DNA of 64,000 nt, taken from positions 32,001 through 96,000 of the forward strand of contig CBDAOY010000008.1 in assembly GCA_965198225.1 (NCBI GenBank), in the 5' to 3' direction. The position numbers and the translations under genes are program-made. The notes under the pieces were generated by a model. The model was not told the DNA's origin, made no database searches, and worked only from the letters and a program-made list of their open reading frames with translations. Positions 47,485 to 58,057 of the stretch are shown piece after piece; within the stretch, counting starts at the first letter, position 1; each line of letters opens with the position of its first letter. The DNA comes from Terriglobia bacterium. GTDB lineage: Bacteria > Acidobacteriota > Terriglobia > 20CM-2-55-15.

Positions 47485-47583
47485 ATGAGTAAGCCCTTGG
47501 TTTCCACGTCGAGCGACGTCATGGGGGGGCCTGTTTTATCCGGAACACGTGTGCCCGTGCAGACCCTCTTCGAGTACTTGGAG
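47485..47583 (+). pseudogene. DUF433 antitoxin N-terminal fragment
   Basis: MSKPLVSTSSDVMGGPVLSGTRVPVQTLFEYLE, then the sequence changes character. Confidence 0.7.
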
Positions 47584-47584
47584 C

Positions 47585-47755
47585 CTGGTCAAAGCCACGT
47601 ACTTCACATCGCCGTCGAGGACGTAGCCGAGCATGCACCCCACGGGTAGATTCTCCGAGTACTGCCCTGTAGTGAAACGAGAGAGTCCATCCATCACGTA
47701 CTTCTTCGCCAGCGACCTCCTGCCGTTGTCGCGGGGTACGTTCAGGCGCTTACCG
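47585..47755 (-). pseudogene. fragment of a hypothetical protein
   Basis: KRLNVPRDNGRRSLAKKYVMDGLSRFTTGQYS..LPVGCMLGYVLDGD reads like real coding sequence but has no start or end of its own. Confidence 0.45.
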
Positions 47756-47794
47756 CGCCGCATTGTGCTAGGCTGCTCGGGAACGGGGGATCCC

Positions 47795-49351
47795 ATGAAG
47801 GCTACCATCTGTCTGATCGTCACGCTCCTGCTCGCGGCGCCCGCCGCCGCGCAATTCGCCGAGGTCGGGTCGCTCGACTTTCCGACGTCCGCGCGTTCGG
47901 AGGAGGCGCAGCGCCATTTCCTGCGGGGCGTCGCCATCCTGCACAGCTTCGGCTGGAAGCAGGCCATCGAGCAGTTCCAGGCCGCGCAGGCCATCGAGCC
48001 GGACTTCGTTCTCGCGTACTGGGGCGAGACGCTAAGCTACAACCACCCGCTGTTCGGCGGCGGGCCCGGCCTCGACGAGGAGAATCCCCGCGCGGTGCTC
48101 GCGCGGCTCGGTCCGACGCCGTCGGCGCGGGCCGCCAAGGCACCGACCGATCGCGAGAGGGGCTTCCTCGAAGCGGTCGAGGTCCTGTGGAGCGACGAGG
48201 GAATCTACAACGAGCGGCGGGTCGGCTACATGGAGGCGATGGAGCGGCTCTACGAGCGCTACCCCGACGACGACGAGGTGGCGACGTTCTACGCGCTCTC
48301 GATGCTGTCCGGATCCCGTGCACTCGGCGATCAGTCGTTGCGGCTTGAGGTGCGGGCCGGCACGATCGCGATGAAGGTGTTCAACGAGAACCGCGACCAT
48401 CCCGGAGCGGTGCACTACACCATTCACGCCTTCGACGATCCGATCCATGCCCCGCTGGCACTCGACGCGGCCCACCGCTACGCCGAGATAGCACCGGCGG
48501 TCTCGCACGCGCGGCACATGCCGACGCACATTTTCATCCAGCACGGCATGTGGGACCTCGTCTCGCAGCACAACCAGTTGGCGCACGACGCGGCCATCGC
48601 TCTGTGGGAGCCCGACGACAGCGTCAGCGACGCGGTCCATTCGCTCGACTGGGGTCAGTACGGCGATCTGCAGCGCGGGGACTACGACAAGGCCCGAGTC
48701 TGGATCGAAAGGCTGGAACGGCTCATCGCCGACAGCGACGGGCAGGCGCGAGCCGTCAGCGCGCTGCCCTTGGTCAACGCCCGCTACGTGGTGGAGACCG
48801 AGCAGTGGCGCGTCGAGCCGATCACGGACGACTCGTCGATGCACGAGCTGCTGGCCACGGGCCTGAGCGCGGTCCGCAGCGGCGACCTGGCCACGGCGCG
48901 CGAGGCCGAGGCGGCGCGGGCGGCGCGGGCCGAGAACGGGGGCGCACAAGATCGCATCGCCCACAAGGAGGTCACCGCCTCGATTCAGGCGGCCGAAGGC
49001 GAGGCCGAGGCGGCGATCGCCTCGATGGACGAGGCTATCGCCATCGTCGAGACGCTGCGTCTGCCGAACGGCGCGGCTAGCCCAGTCAAGCCGCCGTACG
49101 AGCTGTACGGCGAGATCCTGCTGCAGCTCGGGCGCTACGACGACGCGCTCGAGAAGTTCGAGACCTCGCTGCTCCGCATGACGAACCGTATGCGTTCGCT
49201 GCTCGGCGCGGCCCGCGCTGCCGCGGCCGTCGGGGATCGCGCCACCGCCCGCGAGCGCTACGCGACGCTCGCCGACTTCTGGATTGGCGCGGCCGACGAT
49301 CCGGGCTACGCCGAGGCGCGTGAGTTCATCGCCTCGACGAACGACAACTGA
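47795..49351 (+). CDS. exported TPR-repeat protein
   Basis: Signal peptide MKATICLIVTLLLAAPAAA; F.RGVA.LHSF, YWG, HPGA.HY.IH..D, HA.HMPTHIF; very high GC3. Confidence 0.85.
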   Translation: MKATICLIVTLLLAAPAAAQFAEVGSLDFPTSARSEEAQRHFLRGVAILHSFGWKQAIEQFQAAQAIEPDFVLAYWGETLSYNHPLFGGGPGLDEENPRAVLARLGPTPSARAAKAPTDRERGFLEAVEVLWSDEGIYNERRVGYMEAMERLYERYPDDDEVATFYALSMLSGSRALGDQSLRLEVRAGTIAMKVFNENRDHPGAVHYTIHAFDDPIHAPLALDAAHRYAEIAPAVSHARHMPTHIFIQHGMWDLVSQHNQLAHDAAIALWEPDDSVSDAVHSLDWGQYGDLQRGDYDKARVWIERLERLIADSDGQARAVSALPLVNARYVVETEQWRVEPITDDSSMHELLATGLSAVRSGDLATAREAEAARAARAENGGAQDRIAHKEVTASIQAAEGEAEAAIASMDEAIAIVETLRLPNGAASPVKPPYELYGEILLQLGRYDDALEKFETSLLRMTNRMRSLLGAARAAAAVGDRATARERYATLADFWIGAADDPGYAEAREFIASTNDN

Positions 49352-49516
49352 CGTAGCCCGGAGCCCGTCGCGCCTTGCGGTCACGGGCTCCTGATCTTGC
49401 AGCGAAGCCGGCTTCGCGCCTCGTGCGCGGGGCCGGCAGACTAGTCTCGGCCCCCCTGACCTGCCTCAGCCCGAGACACCTCTAGGGCCAGTCGTGCCAC
49501 ATTCACAGCATCGAAC

Positions 49517-49796
49517 GTGAAGCTAGCCACTGAAGCGCACCACCACCGTGTCGCCGAAGCTGGCAAGCTGCAGCTCGAACGCGCCCTCGGCATCCGTCTG
49601 CCCGAGCGGGTGGCGACGCGCAAGAAGCGATTGGCCACGATCCAGGCGGCAATGAAGCGGCTCGAAGAGCGTCGGCTGCGGACCAGGAAGCGGGACGGGA
49701 ATCCGGAGACGACAAACCGGGCAGCGGAAAGAAAGGCCAGCCGTTCAAACGCCCCATGGGTGAGCCCAAGCCAAAAGCCCAGGACAACTTCACCGA
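49517..49796 (+). pseudogene. IS1182-family transposase internal fragment
   Basis: LPERVATRKKRLATIQAAMKRLEER then, frameshifted, FKRPMGEPKPKAQDNFTD. Confidence 0.6.
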
Positions 49797-50828
49797 CCGC
49801 TCTACATCTTTTCGGGAGAGCATCTGCTATGCGCCCGGTTGCGGTGCTCCAATGTCGACGGTGCGGACGGCGCCGTCGAGGAATTGAACCGCATCATCGG
49901 CCAGATCCGGCAGAGCTGGCCGGAGGTGTCGATTATCATCCGGGCCGACTCGGGCTTTTGCCGGGATGAATTGCTGAGTTGGTGCGAGGCCCACCAGGTC
50001 GATTACGTGGTGGGTCTGGCCAAGAACGATCGGCTCAAGCGCGAGATCGCTGAATCGATGAGTCAGGCCGAAGCCGAGTTTAACGACACCGGGAAACCGG
50101 CGCGGGTGTTTAACGATTTCCGGTATCGCACTCGGAAGAGCTGGACCTGCGAACGACGCGTCATCGGCAAGGCCGAGTTCCTGGAGAAAGGCGCCAATCC
50201 TCGATTCGTTGTGACCTCACTGTCGCCGGAACGCCTGGACGCCCGCGCCCTCTATGAAGACTTTTACTGTGCGCGGGGCGACATGGAAAATCGCATCAAG
50301 GAACAGCAGTTGGATCTATTCGCCGACCGGACCAGCGCGGCAACCATGCGCGCCAATCAACTCCGGCTCTATCTGTCCTCGGCCGCCTACATGCTCCTGC
50401 ACGCGTTACGCCGTCTGGGACTGAAGAATACCGATCTGGCCCGCGCTCAGTGCCAGACGATCCGCTTGAAGCTCCTCAAGATCGGAGCTCAAGTCCGTCT
50501 GACGGTTCGCAACATCTGGATCTCCATGTCGGAAGCCTATCCCTACGCCGAGGTCTTTGCCCTCGTCCATCGAAACCTGCAGGCGCTTCCTCTGCGCTGC
50601 TGAGAACCGACCCGATCCCCTGCGCCAAAATCGACTCGCTCTTTTCGGCTCCGTCGAGGTTTGTCTCAGTGCGTTTCGTCACCCTCTTCTGAACCCGAAA
50701 ACGCAGCAACTCCCGCTTGTCGACACCGCCGAGTCACGCCACACATGCCCAATTCGAACCCAGATCCTCCCGAATCCGATTCTTACTGCCCAAATCCCCC
50801 TGATCGCCGGACTGGTGAAACATGCGGG
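49797..50828 (+). mobile_element. IS1380-family element, 5'-truncated
   Basis: PLYIF.GEHLLCARLR, IIIRADSGFCR, YCARGDMENRIKEQQLDLFADRTS, ANQLRL; right end GTGAAACATGCGGG. Confidence 0.85.
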
Positions 50829-51008
50829 CTAGTAGGGGTTACGATAGCAACGGTGCAAAATCCAACGCTATGGGCTGCTGGACCTGAAGCGATCAGGCAG
50901 TGTCCGACTTGAAGGGTTCGTTGAAATGATTGGGCTGTGTCGTGATTCTTTGGGGTTTCTGTGAGCCCCAGAGTGCCCGATTTGATTGACCGATGAAATC
51001 GTACATAA

Positions 51009-51542
51009 TGGCCGGGTGAACCTCCGAGCCATCGCCGTCTACCTCCGGGTATCCACGAGCCGTCAAGACCTCCGATCTCAGGAGCCCGAACTCCAGAGTT
51101 GGCTTCAGACCCACGCCGCTGACCGCCCTGTCGTCTGGTATTGAGATCGGCATACCGGTCGCTCCCTAGACCGTCCAGCTCTTGGGCGGCTCGAACGGGA
51201 CATCATCGCCGGCAAGGTAGGAACTGTCGTCGTCTGGCGCAACGACCGGATGGGTCGGCGCGCCCGCCAGCTACTGGTCTTCCTTGAGGACCTGGACGAG
51301 CGCAAGATCGACTACATCTCGGTACGAGACGGGCATCTGACGGGCGACAGTGCTTCAGCCAAGATATTCCGCCATATGCTGGTCGGCATGGCCGAGTATG
51401 AGAGTAACCTGATCTCGGAGCGTACCCGTGCGGGCCTGGCCGCAAAAAAGGCTCGGGGTGAGACGTGGGGCGGGCGAAAGAAGGGGCAGCGCTACCGGCT
51501 GACGCCGGAGAAGCTCCAGGCAGTCAAGGGACTCCTCGCCGA
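51009..51542 (+). pseudogene. serine recombinase (resolvase) pseudogene
   Basis: AIAVYLRVST..Q, internal stop, DRP.L, VVVWRNDRMGR, AEYE..LISERTRAGL..GGR; cut at a Tn3-like IR. Confidence 0.8.
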
Positions 51543-52746
51543 GGGGCTCTGGGTGCAATTAAACAAAGGTACCAAATCCGTCATAGAAATCGGTCCGAAT
51601 TGCGAGGCTACTAGGCACTCAGGTCGAGGGCTGGAAGCAGGAGCGGGGCACCTGGGTCAAATATCGGAATACGGTCCTTTCGCTGACAGCGAGTGCATTG
51701 ACGATCTCCGGGATCGTCAATCCTTGTTTTCTGAGCTGGGCCGCCCGGGTGGGCTTTGATTTGGTGGTCCCTTTCTGCCTGCCGCGATAGATCCCTTGAG
51801 TTTTGGCCACAGCGATTCCTGCGTGTTGACGCTCTCGGCGATACTCCAGTTCGATTTCTGCCAACCCGAACATGACGCTGGCTACCATCCGGCCCACCGG
51901 GACCGCTGAGGTCAATCTGTTGGGTGATCGAAACAACGCGCACGCCGCGCTCGCCCCAATCGGCGATCCGATTGATGCCGTCTTGAAGTCGACGCGAGAT
52001 TCGGTCGAGTTTCCAGACGATGACCGTCTTGATCGTGCCGTCGAATATCGCTTTTTCCATCTGTTCGAAAGCGACACGGTGGACAGTCTGTCCCGTTTCT
52101 TTGTCCTCGAACCAGGTCACCCTGGATGGGGAAATCCCGTGGGCTCGGAGCCACCGCGTGATTTCGGCCTTTTGGCTGTCGGTCTTCTGTCGCCGGGATG
52201 AGACGCGACAGTAGTTGCCGTAGTAGCCGTGAAAGAACCGTTTTGGCTGTCGGTCTTCTGTCGCAGCATGCGATCATAACGACACTGCCCTTTCCAATGG
52301 GTTGAGGTGGTATCTCATACTGCCAAGTAGAGTATGGTCTAGTTGGCAGTAATCTCGAGCTGCTGAAAGCCCGGTTTTTCGCACTCAGTGTCGGCAGAAA
52401 TCTCTGGAAACCCTATTTGTCACCCTCAGACTGCCGAAACAGGATTCCCCCTGGCGCGTGCTCGGGTGGGTAGGGAATGCCACGGATGAGCATTCTAACT
52501 GCGAACGAGAAGGAAGCCCTCGAGTCGCCTCCGGATCGGTCGTTGCCCGGCATCACATCAACCTGCACGGCAAGTACGATTTCGCGGCCGAGAAGCTGCA
52601 AGATTCGGTCGGTCTGGAGGTGCCCAAAATCCGTCAGCTCGAGGTGGGTTGAAACTGGGAGTATAGATTTCGGCTCAAACGCTAGAGGCAACAAAGGTTA
52701 ACCGTGATCGCTATGACGGATTTGGTACCTTTGTTTAAATGCACCC
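51543..52746. mobile_element. internally deleted Tn3-family element
   Basis: 36-bp IRs GGGTGCAATTAAACAAAGGTACCAAATCCGTCATAG (51551-51586) / 52711-52746 with 1 mismatch; holds a resolvase and fused TnpA-like termini (MPRMSILTANEKEALESPP; HINLHGKYDF). Confidence 0.8.
51619..52230 (-). pseudogene. resolvase, frameshifted
   Basis: YCRVSSRRQ, FEDKETG, VWKLDRISR, frameshift near 51900, AEIE.E.RRERQ.AGI, C-terminal HTH. Confidence 0.8.
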
Positions 52747-52749
52747 TAG

Positions 52750-53561
52750 GGCGTGTTAACACTAACGTAGTGCCTCGACGATGAGCGCGAAGTGAAGGAA
52801 GGCGAGGAACATGACGTCGAGTTTATCGAAACGGGAGAAGATACGCCGGAAACCCTTGAGTCGGCGGAAGAGCCTCTCGACTTCGTTCCTGCGGCGGTAG
52901 AGCACGCGGTCGTATTCCCACGGCTCCAGGCGGTTGCGCTTGGGCGGCACGACGGGAATCCACCCAAAATCCAGAGCCAATTGGCGGGTCTGGTCGTCCT
53001 GGTAGGCACGGTCCATCAGCAGCGGCAGCGGCGCGGGCAATGGCCCCAGGCCGGCGAGCAGATCGCGGCCCTGCGGGGCGTCGTGCGCTTGGCCGGGCGA
53101 GAGCGCAAACGTTATCGCCGTTCGAGCATTCGCGGCAACCAGATGAATCTTGGTGGTCCATCCGCCGCGGGATTTGCCGATCGCTTGCGGACCGTTTTTT
53201 TTAACGCTCCCGTGCCGTCGGGATGCACCTTCACAATGGTTGAGTCCATCGAAACGGCTTCGACCCGGATGCGGACCAGTTGCTCGCGCTGGAGTTTCTC
53301 GAAGACGGCGTCGAGCACGCCGTTCTTGGACCAGCGGTTCATCCGGGTGTAGATGGTGTGCCAGTTGCCAAAGCGCTTGGGCAGACCGCGCCACTTGCAG
53401 CCCTGCTCAGCCACATACAAAATGGCGTTCAAGACCGTCAGGTTCGAAAGACTGACGTTGCCCCGCTGACGCGGCAGTTCCGGCTCGATGCGACAATACT
53501 GCTCCTGTGTGATCTCCATGCGTGATTATAAAACATTCATGCTCATTAGTGTTAACACGCC
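52750..53561 (-). mobile_element. complete IS5-family element (IS427-like, two ORFs)
   Basis: 16-bp perfect IRs GGCGTGTTAACACTAA, CTAG on both flanks; ORFs 53112-53519 and 52762-53394 overlap at an A8 run (53195-53202), consistent with -1 frameshifting. Confidence 0.93.
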
Positions 53562-53578
53562 CTAGTCTCTCGGAACCT

Positions 53579-53673
53579 TAACCACGGAGGCACAGAGGCA
53601 CGAAGGTAGGGCAGTCAGGCCTTTGTTTTTCCTGAAAAAATCCTATCTCTGCGCCTCCGAGCCTCCGTGGTTA
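53579..53673. repeat. second copy of the AACCACGGAGGC...CTCCGTGGTT palindrome
   Basis: Same family as 13303-13380. Confidence 0.75.
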
Positions 53674-53715
53674 AGACCTTCTTATTACCCTGGTCTGACT
53701 AAGCGGAAGAGTCGG

Positions 53716-54879
53716 TCAGGCGAGTTCGGCGCCTTTTGTGGGTTTCACGCTCTCCTCTTCCGCGGCCTTCCGGTAGATTTCCAACACCCTTTCGGCGGAA
53801 GATTTCCAGGAGAATTTTCGGACCTGCACCAGCCCCTTTTCAATCGCTTCCTGGCGTGCGACCTGATCGACGAGCAACAGTTTCATCGCGCGGGCGATCT
53901 CGAAGACATTCTCGGGGTTGACGAGAATGGCGGCATCGCCGAGGACCTCTGGGAGTGAAGAGGTGTTGGAGGCCACGACCGGTGTCCGGTTCGCCATCGC
54001 CTCCAGCGGTGACAGCCCGAAACCTTCGTAGAGGGAGGGTGAGGCATACATCACCGCGGCTTCGTAGAAGACCTGCAGGATCGGGTATGGTACGAACCCG
54101 AAGAACCGCACATCCTGCTGGACACCGCTGCGGACCACCATGAGCCTCAAGTATTGATGCTTGCTCAGCTCGTCGCCGATGATGATCAGTTTGAGTTTCT
54201 TGTACTTCTTGTTGTCGCCCAGCTGGTTCTTCAGGACCGCGAAGGCCTCGATCAACCGGTGAATGTTCTTATGGGGTTTGATCTGTCCGGAATAGAGAAT
54301 GAAGGGGTTCTTGAGCTGGTACCTCTCCAGGACCTGCTTCTGTTCCTGAGGGTCATGGCTGAGGGTGACACGCTCGTCCAGGGCGTTGTGAACCACCGAT
54401 ATCTTGCCCGGGTCCAGATCGAAGATGTTGACCAGGTCGTCACGGGTCGAACCCGAGACCGCCAGCACGGTATTCGCAGACTTCACGACTCTTTTCGTGT
54501 AAAGGTACCGACGGTAGTTGTCGAACTTCGAGGAGCCCTCCTGTGGGAACAGGAGGTGGACGCAGTCGTGGATAGTCACGACGAGCCGGCAGGGGACCAG
54601 AATCGGGGCCTCGTGGTGCGGCACGTGTAGTACGTCGATTGCCTTACGGCGAAGCCAGAGGGGCGTCTTCAGGTGAAAATCCCAGGCGCTGCCCTCCTCA
54701 GGCACATCGGCGGGTTCGAAGTTCGAGCCGAGCGGCCCGAGTTCCATGAAGTGACGGCGCGAACCGAGGAGGAAGTAATCGTTTTCGCGATCTATCTCGG
54801 ACAGGTTTCGGACGAGGTTCCAGATATGGGTGCCCAACCCGAATTTATGAACCTTTCGGATGTCGATGGCGATTCGCAT
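53716..54879 (-). CDS. glycosyltransferase family 4 (GT-B)
   Basis: [42 protein letters not shown]. Confidence 0.93.
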   Translation of the reverse strand: MRIAIDIRKVHKFGLGTHIWNLVRNLSEIDRENDYFLLGSRRHFMELGPLGSNFEPADVPEEGSAWDFHLKTPLWLRRKAIDVLHVPHHEAPILVPCRLVVTIHDCVHLLFPQEGSSKFDNYRRYLYTKRVVKSANTVLAVSGSTRDDLVNIFDLDPGKISVVHNALDERVTLSHDPQEQKQVLERYQLKNPFILYSGQIKPHKNIHRLIEAFAVLKNQLGDNKKYKKLKLIIIGDELSKHQYLRLMVVRSGVQQDVRFFGFVPYPILQVFYEAAVMYASPSLYEGFGLSPLEAMANRTPVVASNTSSLPEVLGDAAILVNPENVFEIARAMKLLLVDQVARQEAIEKGLVQVRKFSWKSSAERVLEIYRKAAEEESVKPTKGAELA

Positions 54880-54894
54880 GGTTTTCCGACGTCT

Positions 54895-55167
54895 AGCAGC
54901 CCGTGGCAGAAGTCTGATGGTTCGCGCGCACGGGTCTTCGGAGGCGGAGACGAGGCGCGAGGAGGAATTGATGCTGTTTCATCATGACGACGAGCAACAA
55001 AGTATCCGAACCGCAACCCCCGTGCGCGCGGAGGGTTACGGCGGCGTCACACACGGGCGTTGTTGCCGCGCGACATTTCTCCGGACCCGCAGGCCGGTCG
55101 GCCGGCGCCTAGCATCTGGCGCAACGCCGCCGTAACGCGAGCCATCAGACTTCTGCCACGGGCTACT
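54895..55167. mobile_element. MITE-like element between divergent genes
   Basis: IR AGCCCGTGGCAGAAGTCTGATGG(T/C)TCGCG at 54898-54926 and 55136-55164. Confidence 0.75.
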
Positions 55168-55427
55168 CGCATGACTGCTTTCGAAGGAATAGCACATCTG
55201 CATCGCCCTTTCAAATGGCACCGGCAGGCTCGATCCGGTTCGTACGTGGGCAACCGGGCGTCCGGATTCCCCTCCGGAGCTCGTTCGGCGACGACGTTCG
55301 GACTCGATCGTTTGCTATAATCATCATCATGATTCGACGATACGTTGGACATTGTTCGAGCCTGTCGAGACAGACTCCGGGGGCAGGTGCGACCGCTCGG
55401 GCGCTGCCGTTTCGGCGTCGAATCCGA

Positions 55428-56753
55428 TTGCGTCGCTCTGCGACCCGATTGCCCGTGCTCGCGGGCATCTCCGTGGTCGGGTTATTGGCCGGTCTTCACG
55501 CGTCGCTTCCGTCTCGAGCGCAAAGCCGGACTGTCGTCCAGATCGAGTTGGCCGACATCATCCATCCGATCACCGCAGACTACCTTTCCGAGGGACTCGC
55601 GCATGCTGCCGAGATCGAGGCCGATGCCGTAATCGTTCGGTTGGACACGCCCGGAGGGCTCGTCGACTCGATGCGCGGGATGGTCGAAGAAATCCTGGCG
55701 TCGGAAGTTCCGGTGATTGTCTGGGTCGGACCCAGCGGTGTCCGTGCGGCATCGGCAGGTTTCTTCATACTGCTGTCGGCCGATGTGGCCGTCATGGCTC
55801 CGGGGACGAACACCGGCGCGGCTCACCCGGTCTCGTCTCTGGGGGCGGAGATCGACGAAGTGATGGAGCAGAAGATTGTCAACGATGCGTCGGCTTTCCT
55901 GCGAAGCTACGCAGCCGAGCGGGGGCGCAATCCGGAGCTGGCGGAGACCGCCGTGACTGAAAGCGCCGCGTTCACGGCCGAAGAGGCGCTGGAGGCCAGC
56001 TTGATCGACGCCGTTGTCAAAGACATTGCAGAGTTGATTCAGACCTTCGACGGCCGGGAGATTACCCGGTTCGACGGCTCGTCGGTGACGCTCGAGATGG
56101 AGGGCGCGGCCATCGACCTGTTCGAGATGACGTCCCGACAGCGGTTGCTGTCGATGATCATGAACCCCAACATCGCCCTGGTGTTGGGGCTCCTGGGGAT
56201 GCTCGGTCTCTACCTGGAAATCACGAGTCCGGGCATGATTTTCCCGGGCGTGATCGGTGGAATCAGCCTCATCCTTGCTCTCTTCGCCTTCAACCTGCTT
56301 CCGATCAACCTCACCGGCGTCCTGTTGATTCTCCTTGCGATCGGACTGTTTGTCGTCGAGGCCACCGTGCCCAGTCACGGCGTCCTGGCCATGGGTGGCG
56401 TCGTCGCCATGATTGCCGGCGGCTTGATGCTGGTGGAGGGACCGATCCCCGAGCTGCAGATTCAACTTCCGACAGTGTTGTCGGTTGCCCTGCCGCTGGC
56501 ATTGATTACCGTTTTCCTGGTCCGCCTGATTTTTGTCTCTCATCGTAAGAAAGCCGTCACGGGCCGGTCTGGAATAGTTGGATCGGTGGGAACCGCTGCA
56601 ACCGAGATCTTCCGAGAAGGCAAAGTGCTCCTGCAGGGCGAGTACTGGCTGGCGCACTCCAGGAACCCGATTTCTCAGGGTTCCAAGGTTCGCGTTGTAC
56701 AAATCGACGGCCTCAATCTTGAAGTCGAAACCGAAAGCGAGGGACAGCAATGA
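55428..56753 (+). CDS. nfeD: NfeD-family membrane-bound serine protease
   Basis: LDTPGG, RAASAG, MAPGTN.GAAHPV, TM bundle, C-terminal OB fold (G.V...GEYW.A); start approximate. Confidence 0.9.
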   Translation: MRRSATRLPVLAGISVVGLLAGLHASLPSRAQSRTVVQIELADIIHPITADYLSEGLAHAAEIEADAVIVRLDTPGGLVDSMRGMVEEILASEVPVIVWVGPSGVRAASAGFFILLSADVAVMAPGTNTGAAHPVSSLGAEIDEVMEQKIVNDASAFLRSYAAERGRNPELAETAVTESAAFTAEEALEASLIDAVVKDIAELIQTFDGREITRFDGSSVTLEMEGAAIDLFEMTSRQRLLSMIMNPNIALVLGLLGMLGLYLEITSPGMIFPGVIGGISLILALFAFNLLPINLTGVLLILLAIGLFVVEATVPSHGVLAMGGVVAMIAGGLMLVEGPIPELQIQLPTVLSVALPLALITVFLVRLIFVSHRKKAVTGRSGIVGSVGTAATEIFREGKVLLQGEYWLAHSRNPISQGSKVRVVQIDGLNLEVETESEGQQ

Positions 56754-57526
56754 CACCACTCAACCTGTGGATGATAGCGCTGGCGATCGTCCTGGTCTGG
56801 CTCTTTAATTCTTTGAACATCCTCCGCGAGTACGAGCGCGGTGTCATCTTTCGGCTCGGACGCCTGCTCGCCGAACCCAAAGGACCCGGCCTCATCTTCG
56901 TCTTCTGGCCGATCGACAAGATAGTGCGGGTGAGCCTGCGATTGATCACGATGGATGTGCCCTCGCAGGATGTGATCACCAAGGACAACGTGACCGTGAA
57001 GGTGAACGCCGTCGTGTATTTCCGGGTGGTGGACTCCTCTAGCGCGGTCGTCAAAGTCGAGAACTTCCTCTACGCAACGTCTCAGCTCGCGCAGACGACT
57101 CTCCGATCAGTCCTTGGCGAGGTGATTCTGGACGAGCTGCTGAGCGAGCGCGAGAAACTGAATCAGCGACTTCAGGAAATTCTGGACCAGCATACCGATC
57201 CGTGGGGGATCAAGGTTTCCCTGGTCGAAATCAAGGGAGTCGACCTGCCAGAGGTCATGCAGCGAGCCATGGCCAAACAGGCCGAAGCCGAGCGCGAGAA
57301 ACGTGCCAAGATCATTCACGCCCAGGGTGAATACGACGCTTCCGGACGGTTGGCGGATGCCGCCCGGAACATCGCCGCCGAGCCGGTCGCCCTCCAACTG
57401 CGTTACCTTCAGACGCTGACCGAGATCGGAATCGAGAAGAACACGACTGTCGTCTTCCCATTGCCCATCGACATCCTGAGCTACTTCAACGACATGGCGG
57501 CAAAGACCAAGGAGGACGGAGGGTAA
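56750..57526 (+). CDS. SPFH/stomatin-like (slipin) protein
   Basis: [45 protein letters not shown]. Confidence 0.93.
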   Translation: MTPLNLWMIALAIVLVWLFNSLNILREYERGVIFRLGRLLAEPKGPGLIFVFWPIDKIVRVSLRLITMDVPSQDVITKDNVTVKVNAVVYFRVVDSSSAVVKVENFLYATSQLAQTTLRSVLGEVILDELLSEREKLNQRLQEILDQHTDPWGIKVSLVEIKGVDLPEVMQRAMAKQAEAEREKRAKIIHAQGEYDASGRLADAARNIAAEPVALQLRYLQTLTEIGIEKNTTVVFPLPIDILSYFNDMAAKTKEDGG

Positions 57527-57529
57527 GAG

Positions 57530-58057
57530 GTGGACGAGCAGACTTCCTGGAGAGGACACAGCTTCACGCTGCTGATATTCGGTGGTGTCGTCATCCTCTG
57601 CTCGATTTTCTTCATTCTGGGTATGCTCGTCGGTCGTACCCAGGCTGAGGCGGTGGCCGGCGACCCCGTCGCCGAGGCGCTTCCCGAAGAAACGGACCCC
57701 GAAGAACTCGATCTGACCTTCTACGAGTCGGTCGATCAGAGTGAGCCCCCGCCACTGGAGCGGGTCCCTGCTTCCCAACCCGCTCCACCGCCGGTGCGGA
57801 CAGCCCCGCCACTAGCACGGACTGTCGACCGGGACGTGACTCTCCAGATCGCCGCGCTGAGCAACGCGGATCAGGCTGCCAAACTCCAGGAGGAGGTCCG
57901 GGCGATGGGATTTGCCGTGTTCGTGCTCCGGCCGGGCCCCGACGACACTTCCGGCCTCCATCGCGTCCAGGTCGGACCCCTGAGTGAAGCCGAGGTCGCA
58001 GATGTGCAGGCCCGGTTGGAGGCTGCCGGGTATAAGCCGATCGTCCGACGGCGATGA
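57530..58057 (+). CDS. SPOR domain protein
   Basis: TM, LTFY motif, Pro-rich linker, LQIAA...HRVQVGP. Confidence 0.85.
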   Translation: MDEQTSWRGHSFTLLIFGGVVILCSIFFILGMLVGRTQAEAVAGDPVAEALPEETDPEELDLTFYESVDQSEPPPLERVPASQPAPPPVRTAPPLARTVDRDVTLQIAALSNADQAAKLQEEVRAMGFAVFVLRPGPDDTSGLHRVQVGPLSEAEVADVQARLEAAGYKPIVRRR

